From the NCBI GenBank assembly GCA_963722075.1, contig CAVRJM010000001.1, positions 1,184,001-1,248,000 on the forward strand: DNA of 64,000 nt. The letters run 5' to 3'. Source of the DNA: Candidatus Babeliales bacterium (GTDB taxonomy: Bacteria > Babelota > Babeliae > Babelales > JANWKD01). The position numbers and the translations under genes were made by a program. Shown one piece after another: positions 47,436-58,706 of the stretch (position 1 is its first letter; each line of letters starts with the position of its first letter). The notes below the pieces were generated by a model. The model was not told the origin of the DNA. It did not search any database and saw only the letters and a program-made list of their open reading frames with translations.

Positions 47436-50400
47436 ATGCAATTTTTTTTATTAATTCTATTAACATTTTTTGTTTCGCTTTACAGTGAAGGTTCCCTTAA
47501 AGAATTATCGTCCCAGAACAGCTTCATAGAGATTGGCGTAGTGCGTGCACCACGACCATCAACTACTGAGGGCGGATTTATTGGTTTAGCAGGCCTCTTT
47601 ACAACAACTCCTTCTATTACTGAAATAGAAAATATTGTATTTAATAGCGGATTCATCCAGGGCCCGATAGCTTCTACTATAGATGCGGTACCTCGTTTTG
47701 CTAATACAACCGGAAACCTTTTAAAAAATTCATTAGTGTTGGTGGATGATGCAGGTAATATTACGATTAATGGCATCACTAAAAATGGTAATACGGTATC
47801 ATGGCCTTCTATTGTAGGAGCTGCAGGAACTTTTTTAGGAAGTGATGGTGTTGGGAATTTAATTTATTCAACACCTGTTGGTAGTGGCAACGTATCAACA
47901 GCACTTCCTTTCACCACTAATGATGCTATTACTACCGTAGATATATTAAGCGGTTCACATGATATCAAGCAAACAAGCGTTACCATTGATAGTAGTGATA
48001 ATATTAATGGCATTAATTCTCTCAATGCTAATGTAGTCAATGCTCCCGCCTTAAATGGAAATGCAACATCTGCAACAACTGCAGGAAGTTTTACTGGTGT
48101 ACTTGCTGGTGACGTAACAGGGCCGCAAAGTGCGACGGTGGTAAATTTTGTCGGAGGCCAATCGGCAGCAAATGTAGCAGCGGCAACCGTGCTTGCCAAT
48201 GCGGCAACAAGTAGTGACGTGCCAAATACATTGGTGTTACGTGATGGATCTGGCAACTTTGAAACTAATATGATTACTATTGATGGTACGGTAACCAATC
48301 CAACTGATGTGGCCACCAAACAATATGTGGATGATGCGGTATTAACTGGTTTTGTTATTAAGGCGCCTGCTGTTGCATATGGTGCATCTAATATTACATT
48401 GTCTGGTCTTCAAACTATTGATGGGGTGGCACTTAATTCTAATGATCGCGTGTTGTTGAATGCTCAAACAAATCCGGTACAAAATGGCTTATGGTTAGCT
48501 CAAGTGGGTGCATGGACGCGGCCTGCTGATTTTGCTTCAGGGACTCAAGCGGAACGATCATATGTACTTATTACTTTAGGCACTGTTTTTGAAGGATCAA
48601 GTTGGGTTTGTGCTACACCAAATGCGATTATTGATACCGATCCTATAACATTTATTGAATTTTCGTTACCCAATCAGACGACGGGGGCAAACGTTGGTGT
48701 GGGTCAAGGACAGATATTTCAAAGTAAAACCGGAAATACACTCAACTTTAGAACAATTCTTGCTGGTCCACATATAGTGGTGACTAATGATCCCAATGAT
48801 GTCATGATTTCTACGGATGCTACGAATGCAGATACGCCCAATACAATAGTGCTCCGTGATGGCTCAGGCAATTTTTCTGCCAGTACTATTACGGCGGCCT
48901 TAACCGGTGCTGCATCATTAAACGTACTTAAAGCCGGTGATACGATGACGGGCAACCTCAATTTAGCGTTGCAATCACAGCTTCGTTTGCAAGATTCAAC
49001 GGGTAGCGGCAGTTATGTTGGCTTGGATGCACCTGCTGTTGTTCCAGTAAGTTATACCGTAAATTTACCAGCAAGCGCGCCGACAACGGGCCAAGTGTTA
49101 CAAGCAACCTCACCAACGGCATTACAATGGGCGACTGTTGGTGGTTCGACTATTAGTGAGGCATATTATGTGGAGCTTAGTGGTAGTGATGCAAATAACG
49201 GTTCTTTCTCAGCCCCATTTAGAACGGTAGCGCATGCCGTAAATGTGGCAAATGGCGTTGCGAGCCTAGCTAATCCGATAGTTATTCATGTAGGAGCGGG
49301 TATATTTGTAGAAAATAACAGCGGTGGCCCAATAACTATTAGTGCAGATGGCATTAGCATTGTAGGAAGCTCCAATTCTGGTACCACGATTGTGCCAACT
49401 TCATTAACCAATGATCTATTTAATATAGCCGCGGCAAATGTTGAATTTGATAATTTTACCATTTCAATATCTAATTCTACCTCAACCGGAAATGCAATTA
49501 CATTATCAACGAGCAGCGCTGGGTTAGCAACTTTTAATACCATAACTATTATTGGTGCATTTAATAATGGTTTTAATTTAAGTACCAGTGTGGGATCATC
49601 GTCAGTAGCCTTTAATAACATTTTAACAGGCGGATGCACTACCGCGATCTCATTAAATAATATGCAATGCGTAATCAAAAATTCACTTTTTCAAGGATCA
49701 TTAACAACAACGCCAGCTAATACCGGTTTTTCAATTACGGGAACCAATTCAATCATTTATGTACTTGGGAGTTTATTACGCTTATGTAATACCGCATTAT
49801 CAATTACGGGGGGTGCTAATATTCATGTTATTGGAACTACTATAGAATCTAGTATTAATGGCATAGTGGCAAACGGTGGCAGTATTGTAGAAATGGTGGG
49901 CGATAACTTTTCGTTTAATAGTCCTAGCTCTATAAATGTATTTGCATCGGGTGCTAACACGAACGTAACGGTTGATGGTTGCCAATTTGCCTGCGCTGAT
50001 ATGGCGGGAAATTCACAAGGCACTGCGGTGCAAGCAACTAATCAAGGGACCATATTGCTTGTTGGATCAAGTATTGAATATGCAGTATTAGGGATACAAT
50101 GTGGCGCGGTGAGTGATACCAGTGCTACTTCTATCCGCGCAAATGCTACAACGCTTATAGGATGTACTACCGATATACAACAATTAGGAAGTTCTACTTT
50201 TAGATTTGTAGGCGGGGTATTTGATGTTAATAAAATAAGCATAGCTAATGCAACAAATGTTACCTTTGCTGCTTTTGATCGCACCAACAATGAAACATTA
50301 GCATTAGGTAGTAATGCTGACACTAATCAAACATTATTTGAGGTATTAAATGCACAACCGACGTTGCCTTATCTTCAATATATGTCAAATTATTATGGTG

Positions 50401-53400
50401 CAAAAGGACCGGTATATGTAAATCCAAATGCTGATCCTACCTTAAACGGTGTTCAGGCGCAAAGTAATAACGCTTCTTATTTTGTGGTGACGGGTGACAA
50501 TACCAAACAAACAGGAATTAATTTATTTTCTGATACCGCAAATTTTGGCAATTCAGATAATATACGTGGTTGGGGAATCACCAAAGTAGGATCCTCTGCG
50601 GCATTAACATTTGTTTATACTAATAATGATTCTTCAGGCCAAGCATTACGTGGCTCAAATACGGTAATGCAACTTAACGGATTTGATAATCAAGTGGAAT
50701 TCCCCCTTGCAACTAATGCACCGCTGCCAACTAATACGGTGGCAAAACTTGTGTGGGCAGGTGATACCGATTTATATCGCTCTGCCGCTAATACTTTACA
50801 GACAGATGGTAATTTAGTTGTTGGTAGCTTAACACCAGCGGGAGTGGTCCATAATAATAATACCGGTTTACTATCTACTTCACTCATAGTAAATGCCGAT
50901 ATAAGTAACAGCGCAGGAATTACTGATAATAAATTAGCAACCATTAGTACACCAGGAAAAGTAGCAAACTCAGCAACCACCGCAACGAGTGCGAATGTTC
51001 CAAATACCATTGTATTGCGTGACGGTTCAGGAAATTTTGCAGCAGGCACTATTACGGCATCATTAATTGGTGCTGCGTCACTGAACGTGCTGAAGACCGG
51101 TGACACCATGACTGGCAACTTATTAATGGCAAACCAATCACAACTGCAATTCCAGGATAGCACGAGTGGTAATTATGTAGCGATAGATGCACCAACAACC
51201 GTAGCTGCTACTTATACCGTTAGTTTACCCGCAACGGCACCACTGAGCGGTCAAGTATTGCAAGCAACATCGCCAACTACCCTCACCTGGGCATCGGTAG
51301 GTGGTTCCCCTGCGGTTGCTAAAACATATTATGTTGCTTTAAATGGTAATGATAGCAATGACGGATCATTTGATGCGCCATTTAGAACCGTTGCGCATGC
51401 AGTGAGCGTAGCAAATGGGGTTGCAAGTAGCGCAAATCCTATTGAAATTAGTATTATTGGAGCAGGAATATTTATTGAAAATAATTCAGGAGGTCCAATT
51501 ACCGTAACTGCTGAAGGTATAAATATTATTGGTAGTTCAAATCAAGCAACTATTATAATGCCCACAACGGCGGCAAATGACCTTTTTAGTATAGTAGTTC
51601 CCTCAGCAAAATTTGAGGCTTTTCAAGTAGCGTTATCGGGAGTTGGGTCGACCGGGAATGCGGTTACGTATAATGCAGGTCCTATCGGTGTTGTTACTAT
51701 CGATAGAGTTGCGGTAAACGGGTCTTTTAATAATGCTTTTGCAATAAACGCAACTTCTGGTACTCCAACAATAATATTAAATAATATTTTATGTGGCGGC
51801 TGTGTTAATGCCATTTCGATTACTAATGCGCAATGCGTTATTAAAAATTCTATTTTTCAAGGATCATTGACAGCAAGCCCAGCAAATAATGGTATAAGCA
51901 TTACCGGAACGAATGCTATTGTATTTTGTCTGAGTAACGTATTTAAATTATTTGCTAATGCTATAAGTGTAACGGGTGGTGCAAGTGTTCGCATCTTGGG
52001 ATCTAATTTTGAATCTACTACTAATGGATTAGCTGCATTAGGAGATAGTAACTTAACGATTGTTGGTTGCAACTTCATACTTAATAATCCAAGCTCAATA
52101 AATATTGCAGCTGCAGGGGCAAATACTGCTATTACGGTAGATGGATGTCAATTTCAATGCAATGATGCAACGGGCAATCCACAAGGGACGGCACTTAAAG
52201 TAACAACAGGTGCATCAATACTTGCCGTTGGATCTTCTATTACAAATGCTGTAGTAGGTATTCAATGTGGTACAGCGGGAGACGCCAATACCACCGTAAT
52301 GCGTGCGAATGCTACTACTTTAATTGGCTGTACTACTGATATTGTACAAACAAGTAGTTCAGCATTATTTTTTATTGGTGGGGTATTTGACTCAAATAAG
52401 TTATCTTTTGCAAATCCAGCAAATGTTAGTTTTAGCGCATTTGATAGAACAAATAATGATGCATTGACGCTCGGCAATGATGCTGATACTAATCAAATGT
52501 TAATACAAGTTTTAAACGGTGAGTCACTATTTCCAAATTGGGCATATCGATCGAATTATTACGGTACTAAAGGAGTTGTTTACGAAAATCAAAATAGTGA
52601 CGCAACCTTTAATGGCGTGCAAGCGCAAAGTAATAATGCATCATATTTTGTAGTTACGGGAAATAATGCCGCTCAAGCGAGCATAAATCTTTTATCCGAT
52701 ACAGCAAATTTTGGTAACCCTAACTCCGAGAATGTTCGTGGCTGGAGCATTGTTAAAACAGGTACATCTGCCGACTTAGCATTTACCTATACTAATAACG
52801 ATTCATCAGACCAAGCATTGCGCGGTTCTAATACCGTGATGCAACTTAATGGTTTTGATAATCAAGTAGAATTTCCTATTGCAACTAATGCACCGCTGCC
52901 AACTAATGCGGTAGCAAAATTAGTATGGGCTGGAGACACCGATTTATACCGTTCAACTACAGCAACGTTAGCAACTGATGGTAATTTAATTGTTGGCGCA
53001 TTAACGCCTGCTGGTGTAGTGCATAATAGCAATACAGGATTACTTTCTACCTCGCTAATTGTAAATGCTGATATCAGCCCAGCCGCTGGGATTACTGATG
53101 ATAAACTGGCAACCATTAGCACACCAGGAAAAGTTGCCAATTCTGCTACCACCGCAACGAGTGCTGATACGCCAAATACCATTGTACTGCGCGATGGTTC
53201 AGGAAATTTTGCAGCCGGCGCTATTACGGCATCATTAATCGGTGCTGCATCATTGAATGTGCTCAAGACTGGCGACACGATGACCGGTAATTTATTAATG
53301 GCAAACCAATCGCAAATACAATTCCAGGATAGTACCAGCGGTAATTATGTTGCAATAGATGCACCAACAACGGTAGCTGCAACATATACCGTAAGCTTGC

Positions 53401-56400
53401 CTGCAAATGCGCCAACAACAGGCCAAGTATTGCAAGCAACATCACCAACAACACTCACCTGGGCATCGGTAGGCGGCTCACCAGCAATAGCAGAAACCTA
53501 TTATGTTTCCCTTGCTGGTAGCGATAGTAATGATGGGTCTTTCTCGGCGCCATTTAGAACGGTAACTCATGCGGTGAACGTAGCTAATGGCGTAGCTAGT
53601 CTTGCTAATCCTATTGTTATTAATGTGGGTGCCGGTAATTTTGTTGAAAATAATACCGGTGGGCCAATTATTATTTCTGCTGATGGCATTAGTATTGTGG
53701 GGGCTACGCTTGTAGCTACTACCATTATACCAGCAAGTAGTACTGTCGATTTATTTCATATAACAACAGGCAATGTTGAATTTCAAAATATATCATTGAC
53801 GACACCGTTTCCTGGCTCTACAGCAAGTGCCGTTGTTATTACTATTTCGTCGGGGACGCCCCAATTTAATACTATAACAGTGGGGCAATTCCAAATGGGA
53901 TTTGACTTAAGCAGCTCAGTAATAACAAACATTCCTACTGTGGTATTTGAAAATATGCAATGTGCCGGTAATGGTACGAATATTATAGCTAATAATATCA
54001 ATGCGGTGATTAAAAATTCTGTATTCCAAGGGCCATTATTCTTTGGGAGTGCAGCAAATAACGGCATTATATTAACAGGTGCAAACACACAAGCATTAAT
54101 TTTAAGTTGCGCATTAAAATCATTTGACAATGCGCTACAAATTACCAACGCTGCACAAGCACGAATTCTCAGTGTTGATATTGAAAGCTCTACCACAGGC
54201 ATTTTGTGCAATGGTGTATCAGATGCTTCAATTATTGGTTGTAATTTCTTTATCAATAATGCAAATTCGATCAACGTAAGTGTCTCAGGAGCAGGTACCA
54301 ATATTACAGTAGAAGGTTCTCACTTTGAAGGATCTCTTGCGGGTGATACGCCATTGGGTACTGCACTTCAAGTAATTAATGGAGCAGTACTTTCAGTTGA
54401 TTCTTGTGCTATCGAAAATGTTGCGGTAGGAATTCAATGTGGTAATCCGGGTGATACGGTTACCACATTCTTAGAAGCAAGCGGTGTCGTTCTATCTGGC
54501 TGTACGGTAGATATTCAGCAAAATGGTGCTTCAAAACTTAATTTTTTTAGCGGCGTAGTTGATATCGATAAAACATTTATAAACGACCCAACCAATGTGA
54601 GTATTGCTGCATTTAATGATCAATCAGAATTAGTAATAGGGTCAGGAGCTAATACTGAACACCTGCTTTATGAGGTGCTTAATGGTCAAGTGCCAAGACC
54701 AAGTCTTACCTATGAGCCGGATTATTATGGAAAAATGGGTACGGTATTTGTAAATAGTAATACGGGACAAACATTTAATGCAACGCAAGCACAAAGTGAT
54801 AATGCTGCCTATTTTGTAATTACCGGCGATAACACTAAAGAAGCAGGACTTAATTTATTTTCAGATACTGCAAATTTTGGTGATCCAGATAATGTACGCG
54901 GGTGGGGAATCATAAAAACAGGGACATCTGCCGATTTAGCATTTACCTATACTAATAATGATTCGTCAGGACAAGCATTACGCGGTTCTAATACCGTGAT
55001 GCAGCTCAATGGCTTTGATAATCAAGTAGAATTTCCTATTGCAACGAATGCACCATTGCCAACTAATACGGTAGCAAAATTGATATGGGCTGGAGACACC
55101 GATTTATATCGCTCAACTACAGCAACGTTAGCAACGGATAGTAATTTTGTGGTTGCGCAGAACGTAACCATTTCAAGTTTAACACCGGCTGGCGTAGTGC
55201 ATAATGATAATACTGGTTTGCTTTCGACATCATTAATTGTAGACGCCGATATTAGCGCAAGTGCAAATATTGCTGATACAAAATTGGCAACGATTAGCAC
55301 GCCCGGTAAAGTAGCAAATTCCGCTACTACAGCAACCAGTTCAGATGTGCCAAATACTATTGTGCTTCGCGATGGGTTAGGAAATTTTGAAACCAACATG
55401 ATTACCATTGATGGAACTGTTAGTAATCCAACTGATGTTGCAACAAAGCAATATGTGGATAATGCAGTAACAACCGGATTTGTGGTAAAGACAGCTGCTT
55501 TAGTGACCAGCACCGTTGATGTTGCCATTAGTGGGTTACAAACAGTTGATGGTGTGATGCTGACCACCAGCGATCGAGTATTATTAGTTGGGCAAACAGA
55601 TGGCGTAGAAAACGGATTATGGCTCGCTGAAGTAGGAAATTGGATGCGCCCAACTGATTTTTCTAGTGGTACTTCGGCTGGTAATTCATATGTACTTACC
55701 CTTTCAGGTACCGTAAATGGCGGGTCCAGTTGGATTTGTATTACGCCAACATCAATTATAGATACTAATACGATAGAATTTACTCAATTTGCATTAGCAA
55801 GCCAAACTACCGGCGCCAATGTGGGAGCAGGTACGGGGCAAGTGTTTCAAAGTAAAACCGGAAATGTGTTGAATTTCAGAACACTTCTTGCCGGAACTCA
55901 TATGGTAATAACAACTGACCCAAATGATGTAGCAATCGCAACTGATGCAACAAGCGCGAATACACCAAATACGCTTGTGGCGCGTGATGCCTCGGGAAAT
56001 TTTGCTGCCGCGACTATTACGGCAAATTTATCGGGTAATGCTTCAACCGCAACATCCGCCACCAATTTTACCGGGGCGCTTGCTGGTGATGTTACTGGAA
56101 CACAAGGAGCAACGGTGGTAAATTTTGTGGGTGGGCAAAGTGCAGCCAATGTTTCTTCAGCAACGGTAGCAGCAAATGCAGCAACCAATTCTAATACACC
56201 AAATACGATCGTATTGCGCGATGGATCTGGTAATTTCTCAGCAGGCACGATTACGGCAAATCTCACCGGAAATGTTACCGGGAACTTAACTGGTAATGCC
56301 ACAACTGCAACTAATGCAACGACGGCGGTAAATTTCAGCGGTTCGCTAAATGGAGATGTAACCGGAACGCAAGGCGCAACGGTAGTGAGCAACGTTGGTG

Positions 56401-58652
56401 GGCAAAGTGCTGCAAATGTAGCGGCAGCTACGGTGCTTGCAAGTGCATCCACAAGTGCAGATACGCCAAGTACTATTGTGCGCAGAGATGCATCAGGAAA
56501 TTTCTCAGCTGGTACAATCACCGCAAATTTAAATGGTAATGCAACCACCGCAACTACGGCAACTACTGCAACAACTGCCGGATCGGCAATAAATTTTACG
56601 GGATCACTCAGTGGCGATGTAACGGGTACACAGGGAGCAACGGTGGTGAGTTTTGTTGGTGGGCAAAGCGCAGCAAGCGTAGCAGCAGCAACGACATTAG
56701 TTGGAACGGCAACGAGTAATAATATTCCAAGCACCTTAGTATTGCGTGATACATCAGGGAATTTTAGTGCCGGCACGATTACAGCGAATTTATCAGGGAA
56801 TGCAACCACCGCAACAACTGCAACCAATTTTACCGGATCGTTATCGGGTGATGTAACGGGCACGCAAAGTGCTACGGTGGTAAGTACCGTTGGTGGGCAA
56901 AGTGCAGCAAATGTTGCTTCAGCAACGGTGGCAGCAAATGCAGCAACCAATTCTAATACAGCAAACACCATTGTAAAACGTGATGCGTCAGGAAACTTTA
57001 GTGCTGACACAATAACGGCAAATTTAACAGGTAACGTGACGGGTAATTTAAGTGGTAATGCCACCACGGCAACAACAGCCGGATCGGCAACAAACTTTAC
57101 CGGATCACTTGAAGGAGATGTAACCGGAACCCAAGGTGCTACGGTAGTAAGTTCAGTTGGTGGGCAAACAGCAGCAAACGTGGCAGCAGCCACCGTGCTT
57201 GCCAATGCTGCAACCAACGCTGATACGCCAAGCACTATTGTACGCCGTGATGCATCAGGTAATTTTAGTGCAGGTACAATTACTGCAAGTCTAAATGGTA
57301 ATGCTACCACAGCAACCACAGCAACTAGTGCGACAACGGCAACTACCGCAACAAATTTCACTGGATCACTGAGCGGCGATGTAACGGGAACACAAGGTGC
57401 AACGGTGGTTAGTTTTGTGGGTGGGCAAAGCGCAGCAAGCGTAGCAGCAGCAACGTCACTGGTAAATACTGCTACCAGCAATAATGTAGCAAATACCATT
57501 GTAAAACGTGATGCATCAGGAAACTTTAGTGCTGGCACCATTACAGCAAATTTAACCGGTAATGCAACCACTGCGACAACAGCAACCAATTTTAGCGGAT
57601 CGCTATCAGGTGATGTAACGGGCACGCAAGGTGTAACGGTGGTAAGTACTGTTGGTGGGCAAAGTGCCGCCAATGTAGCATCAGCAACGGTGGCAGCAAA
57701 CGCAGCAACGAATGCAGATACCGCAAGCACCATTGTAAAACGAGATGCATCAGGCAATTTTAGCGCTGGCACGATCACCGCAAATCTTACTGGTAACGTT
57801 ACGGGGAATTTGAGCGGTAATGCAACCACGGCAACAACAGCCGGATCGGCAACAAACTTTACCGGCTCACTTTCAGGAGATGTAACCGGTACGCAAAGTG
57901 CAACGGTGGTCAGTTCAGTTGGCGGACAAAGTGCGGCAAATGTAGCAGCAGCTACCGTACTTGCCAATGCAGCAACAAGTGCTAATACGCCAAGTGCTAT
58001 TGTGCGTCGTGATGCTTCGGGGAACTTCTCTGCGGGTGTTATTACGGCATCGCTTACGGGTGGTGTACTGACGGGGAATTTAACCTTGCCAGCAGGAACG
58101 GCAGCAGTGCCATCATTACAATTTTCAGGAAGTACTAATACCGGTATATCAGCACCGGCAGCAAATACGCTATCACTTGATACCAATGGCACCCAGCGGT
58201 TGAGTATTGATTCCACCGGAAGTGTTACGTACCATTCCAATTATAAAATGTATGCTTATTTATCATCAAATCAAACTGTTAATGATACTACCGCAACGAT
58301 TATTTTTAATACCGAATTATTTGATACCAATTCTAATTATAATAATACTACTGGTGTATATACGGTACCAGTGACGGGAGTTTACCTAGTTGGCGTTACG
58401 GTGAATACCCAATCTTCTCATTCATCAGGTGCAACCCAAACGGTGAATATTGGACTAAACGGGACAACTCCAATAACAGGAGCTTCTGTTTCACAAATTT
58501 CAAACTCAAGTGCTCAAAAATTGCCGATGACTTTATGCATATTGCTTTCATTAACGGCTGGCAATACTATTCAAGTTCAATATACTACAAATCAGGACGA
58601 TACGATTCAGTCGGGTGATACGCATTTGGCGATTCATTTTATGTCATTCTAA
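47436..58652 (+). CDS. Giant (3738 aa) secreted fibre/adhesin with tail-fibre-like repeats, three beta-helix modules and a C-terminal C1q-like domain
   Basis: Signal peptide; DVATKQYVD and LSGLQTIDGV...DRVLL...NGLW motifs twice; YYV...G.D.N.GS...PFRT plus beta-helix three times; RDxSGNF shaft repeats; IIFNTELFDTNSNYNNTTGVYTVPVTGVY C1q-like motif. Confidence 0.85.
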   Translation: MQFFLLILLTFFVSLYSEGSLKELSSQNSFIEIGVVRAPRPSTTEGGFIGLAGLFTTTPSITEIENIVFNSGFIQGPIASTIDAVPRFANTTGNLLKNSLVLVDDAGNITINGITKNGNTVSWPSIVGAAGTFLGSDGVGNLIYSTPVGSGNVSTALPFTTNDAITTVDILSGSHDIKQTSVTIDSSDNINGINSLNANVVNAPALNGNATSATTAGSFTGVLAGDVTGPQSATVVNFVGGQSAANVAAATVLANAATSSDVPNTLVLRDGSGNFETNMITIDGTVTNPTDVATKQYVDDAVLTGFVIKAPAVAYGASNITLSGLQTIDGVALNSNDRVLLNAQTNPVQNGLWLAQVGAWTRPADFASGTQAERSYVLITLGTVFEGSSWVCATPNAIIDTDPITFIEFSLPNQTTGANVGVGQGQIFQSKTGNTLNFRTILAGPHIVVTNDPNDVMISTDATNADTPNTIVLRDGSGNFSASTITAALTGAASLNVLKAGDTMTGNLNLALQSQLRLQDSTGSGSYVGLDAPAVVPVSYTVNLPASAPTTGQVLQATSPTALQWATVGGSTISEAYYVELSGSDANNGSFSAPFRTVAHAVNVANGVASLANPIVIHVGAGIFVENNSGGPITISADGISIVGSSNSGTTIVPTSLTNDLFNIAAANVEFDNFTISISNSTSTGNAITLSTSSAGLATFNTITIIGAFNNGFNLSTSVGSSSVAFNNILTGGCTTAISLNNMQCVIKNSLFQGSLTTTPANTGFSITGTNSIIYVLGSLLRLCNTALSITGGANIHVIGTTIESSINGIVANGGSIVEMVGDNFSFNSPSSINVFASGANTNVTVDGCQFACADMAGNSQGTAVQATNQGTILLVGSSIEYAVLGIQCGAVSDTSATSIRANATTLIGCTTDIQQLGSSTFRFVGGVFDVNKISIANATNVTFAAFDRTNNETLALGSNADTNQTLFEVLNAQPTLPYLQYMSNYYGAKGPVYVNPNADPTLNGVQAQSNNASYFVVTGDNTKQTGINLFSDTANFGNSDNIRGWGITKVGSSAALTFVYTNNDSSGQALRGSNTVMQLNGFDNQVEFPLATNAPLPTNTVAKLVWAGDTDLYRSAANTLQTDGNLVVGSLTPAGVVHNNNTGLLSTSLIVNADISNSAGITDNKLATISTPGKVANSATTATSANVPNTIVLRDGSGNFAAGTITASLIGAASLNVLKTGDTMTGNLLMANQSQLQFQDSTSGNYVAIDAPTTVAATYTVSLPATAPLSGQVLQATSPTTLTWASVGGSPAVAKTYYVALNGNDSNDGSFDAPFRTVAHAVSVANGVASSANPIEISIIGAGIFIENNSGGPITVTAEGINIIGSSNQATIIMPTTAANDLFSIVVPSAKFEAFQVALSGVGSTGNAVTYNAGPIGVVTIDRVAVNGSFNNAFAINATSGTPTIILNNILCGGCVNAISITNAQCVIKNSIFQGSLTASPANNGISITGTNAIVFCLSNVFKLFANAISVTGGASVRILGSNFESTTNGLAALGDSNLTIVGCNFILNNPSSINIAAAGANTAITVDGCQFQCNDATGNPQGTALKVTTGASILAVGSSITNAVVGIQCGTAGDANTTVMRANATTLIGCTTDIVQTSSSALFFIGGVFDSNKLSFANPANVSFSAFDRTNNDALTLGNDADTNQMLIQVLNGESLFPNWAYRSNYYGTKGVVYENQNSDATFNGVQAQSNNASYFVVTGNNAAQASINLLSDTANFGNPNSENVRGWSIVKTGTSADLAFTYTNNDSSDQALRGSNTVMQLNGFDNQVEFPIATNAPLPTNAVAKLVWAGDTDLYRSTTATLATDGNLIVGALTPAGVVHNSNTGLLSTSLIVNADISPAAGITDDKLATISTPGKVANSATTATSADTPNTIVLRDGSGNFAAGAITASLIGAASLNVLKTGDTMTGNLLMANQSQIQFQDSTSGNYVAIDAPTTVAATYTVSLPANAPTTGQVLQATSPTTLTWASVGGSPAIAETYYVSLAGSDSNDGSFSAPFRTVTHAVNVANGVASLANPIVINVGAGNFVENNTGGPIIISADGISIVGATLVATTIIPASSTVDLFHITTGNVEFQNISLTTPFPGSTASAVVITISSGTPQFNTITVGQFQMGFDLSSSVITNIPTVVFENMQCAGNGTNIIANNINAVIKNSVFQGPLFFGSAANNGIILTGANTQALILSCALKSFDNALQITNAAQARILSVDIESSTTGILCNGVSDASIIGCNFFINNANSINVSVSGAGTNITVEGSHFEGSLAGDTPLGTALQVINGAVLSVDSCAIENVAVGIQCGNPGDTVTTFLEASGVVLSGCTVDIQQNGASKLNFFSGVVDIDKTFINDPTNVSIAAFNDQSELVIGSGANTEHLLYEVLNGQVPRPSLTYEPDYYGKMGTVFVNSNTGQTFNATQAQSDNAAYFVITGDNTKEAGLNLFSDTANFGDPDNVRGWGIIKTGTSADLAFTYTNNDSSGQALRGSNTVMQLNGFDNQVEFPIATNAPLPTNTVAKLIWAGDTDLYRSTTATLATDSNFVVAQNVTISSLTPAGVVHNDNTGLLSTSLIVDADISASANIADTKLATISTPGKVANSATTATSSDVPNTIVLRDGLGNFETNMITIDGTVSNPTDVATKQYVDNAVTTGFVVKTAALVTSTVDVAISGLQTVDGVMLTTSDRVLLVGQTDGVENGLWLAEVGNWMRPTDFSSGTSAGNSYVLTLSGTVNGGSSWICITPTSIIDTNTIEFTQFALASQTTGANVGAGTGQVFQSKTGNVLNFRTLLAGTHMVITTDPNDVAIATDATSANTPNTLVARDASGNFAAATITANLSGNASTATSATNFTGALAGDVTGTQGATVVNFVGGQSAANVSSATVAANAATNSNTPNTIVLRDGSGNFSAGTITANLTGNVTGNLTGNATTATNATTAVNFSGSLNGDVTGTQGATVVSNVGGQSAANVAAATVLASASTSADTPSTIVRRDASGNFSAGTITANLNGNATTATTATTATTAGSAINFTGSLSGDVTGTQGATVVSFVGGQSAASVAAATTLVGTATSNNIPSTLVLRDTSGNFSAGTITANLSGNATTATTATNFTGSLSGDVTGTQSATVVSTVGGQSAANVASATVAANAATNSNTANTIVKRDASGNFSADTITANLTGNVTGNLSGNATTATTAGSATNFTGSLEGDVTGTQGATVVSSVGGQTAANVAAATVLANAATNADTPSTIVRRDASGNFSAGTITASLNGNATTATTATSATTATTATNFTGSLSGDVTGTQGATVVSFVGGQSAASVAAATSLVNTATSNNVANTIVKRDASGNFSAGTITANLTGNATTATTATNFSGSLSGDVTGTQGVTVVSTVGGQSAANVASATVAANAATNADTASTIVKRDASGNFSAGTITANLTGNVTGNLSGNATTATTAGSATNFTGSLSGDVTGTQSATVVSSVGGQSAANVAAATVLANAATSANTPSAIVRRDASGNFSAGVITASLTGGVLTGNLTLPAGTAAVPSLQFSGSTNTGISAPAANTLSLDTNGTQRLSIDSTGSVTYHSNYKMYAYLSSNQTVNDTTATIIFNTELFDTNSNYNNTTGVYTVPVTGVYLVGVTVNTQSSHSSGATQTVNIGLNGTTPITGASVSQISNSSAQKLPMTLCILLSLTAGNTIQVQYTTNQDDTIQSGDTHLAIHFMSF
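55980..58050 (+). repeat. About eight tandem ~75-90-aa shaft repeats (RDASGNFSAGTITANL...GDVTGTQGATVV...VGGQSAANVA)
   Basis: Nine RDxSGNF occurrences in this interval. Confidence 0.85.
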
Positions 58653-58706
58653 TTAAAAATCAAGAGAAAAGTTTCTATATCATTTCCCTTGATTTTAAGA
58701 TAGATA

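Noticed and set aside
55898..58240. 780-aa antisense ORF, and other antisense ORFs inside the giant fibre gene
   Set aside because: Shadow of the Ala/Thr/Gly/Val-rich repetitive sense frame; no RBS or recognisable domain
47436..58652. Prophage tail-fibre gene
   Set aside because: Has a Sec-type signal peptide and no neighbouring phage structural, terminase or integrase genes
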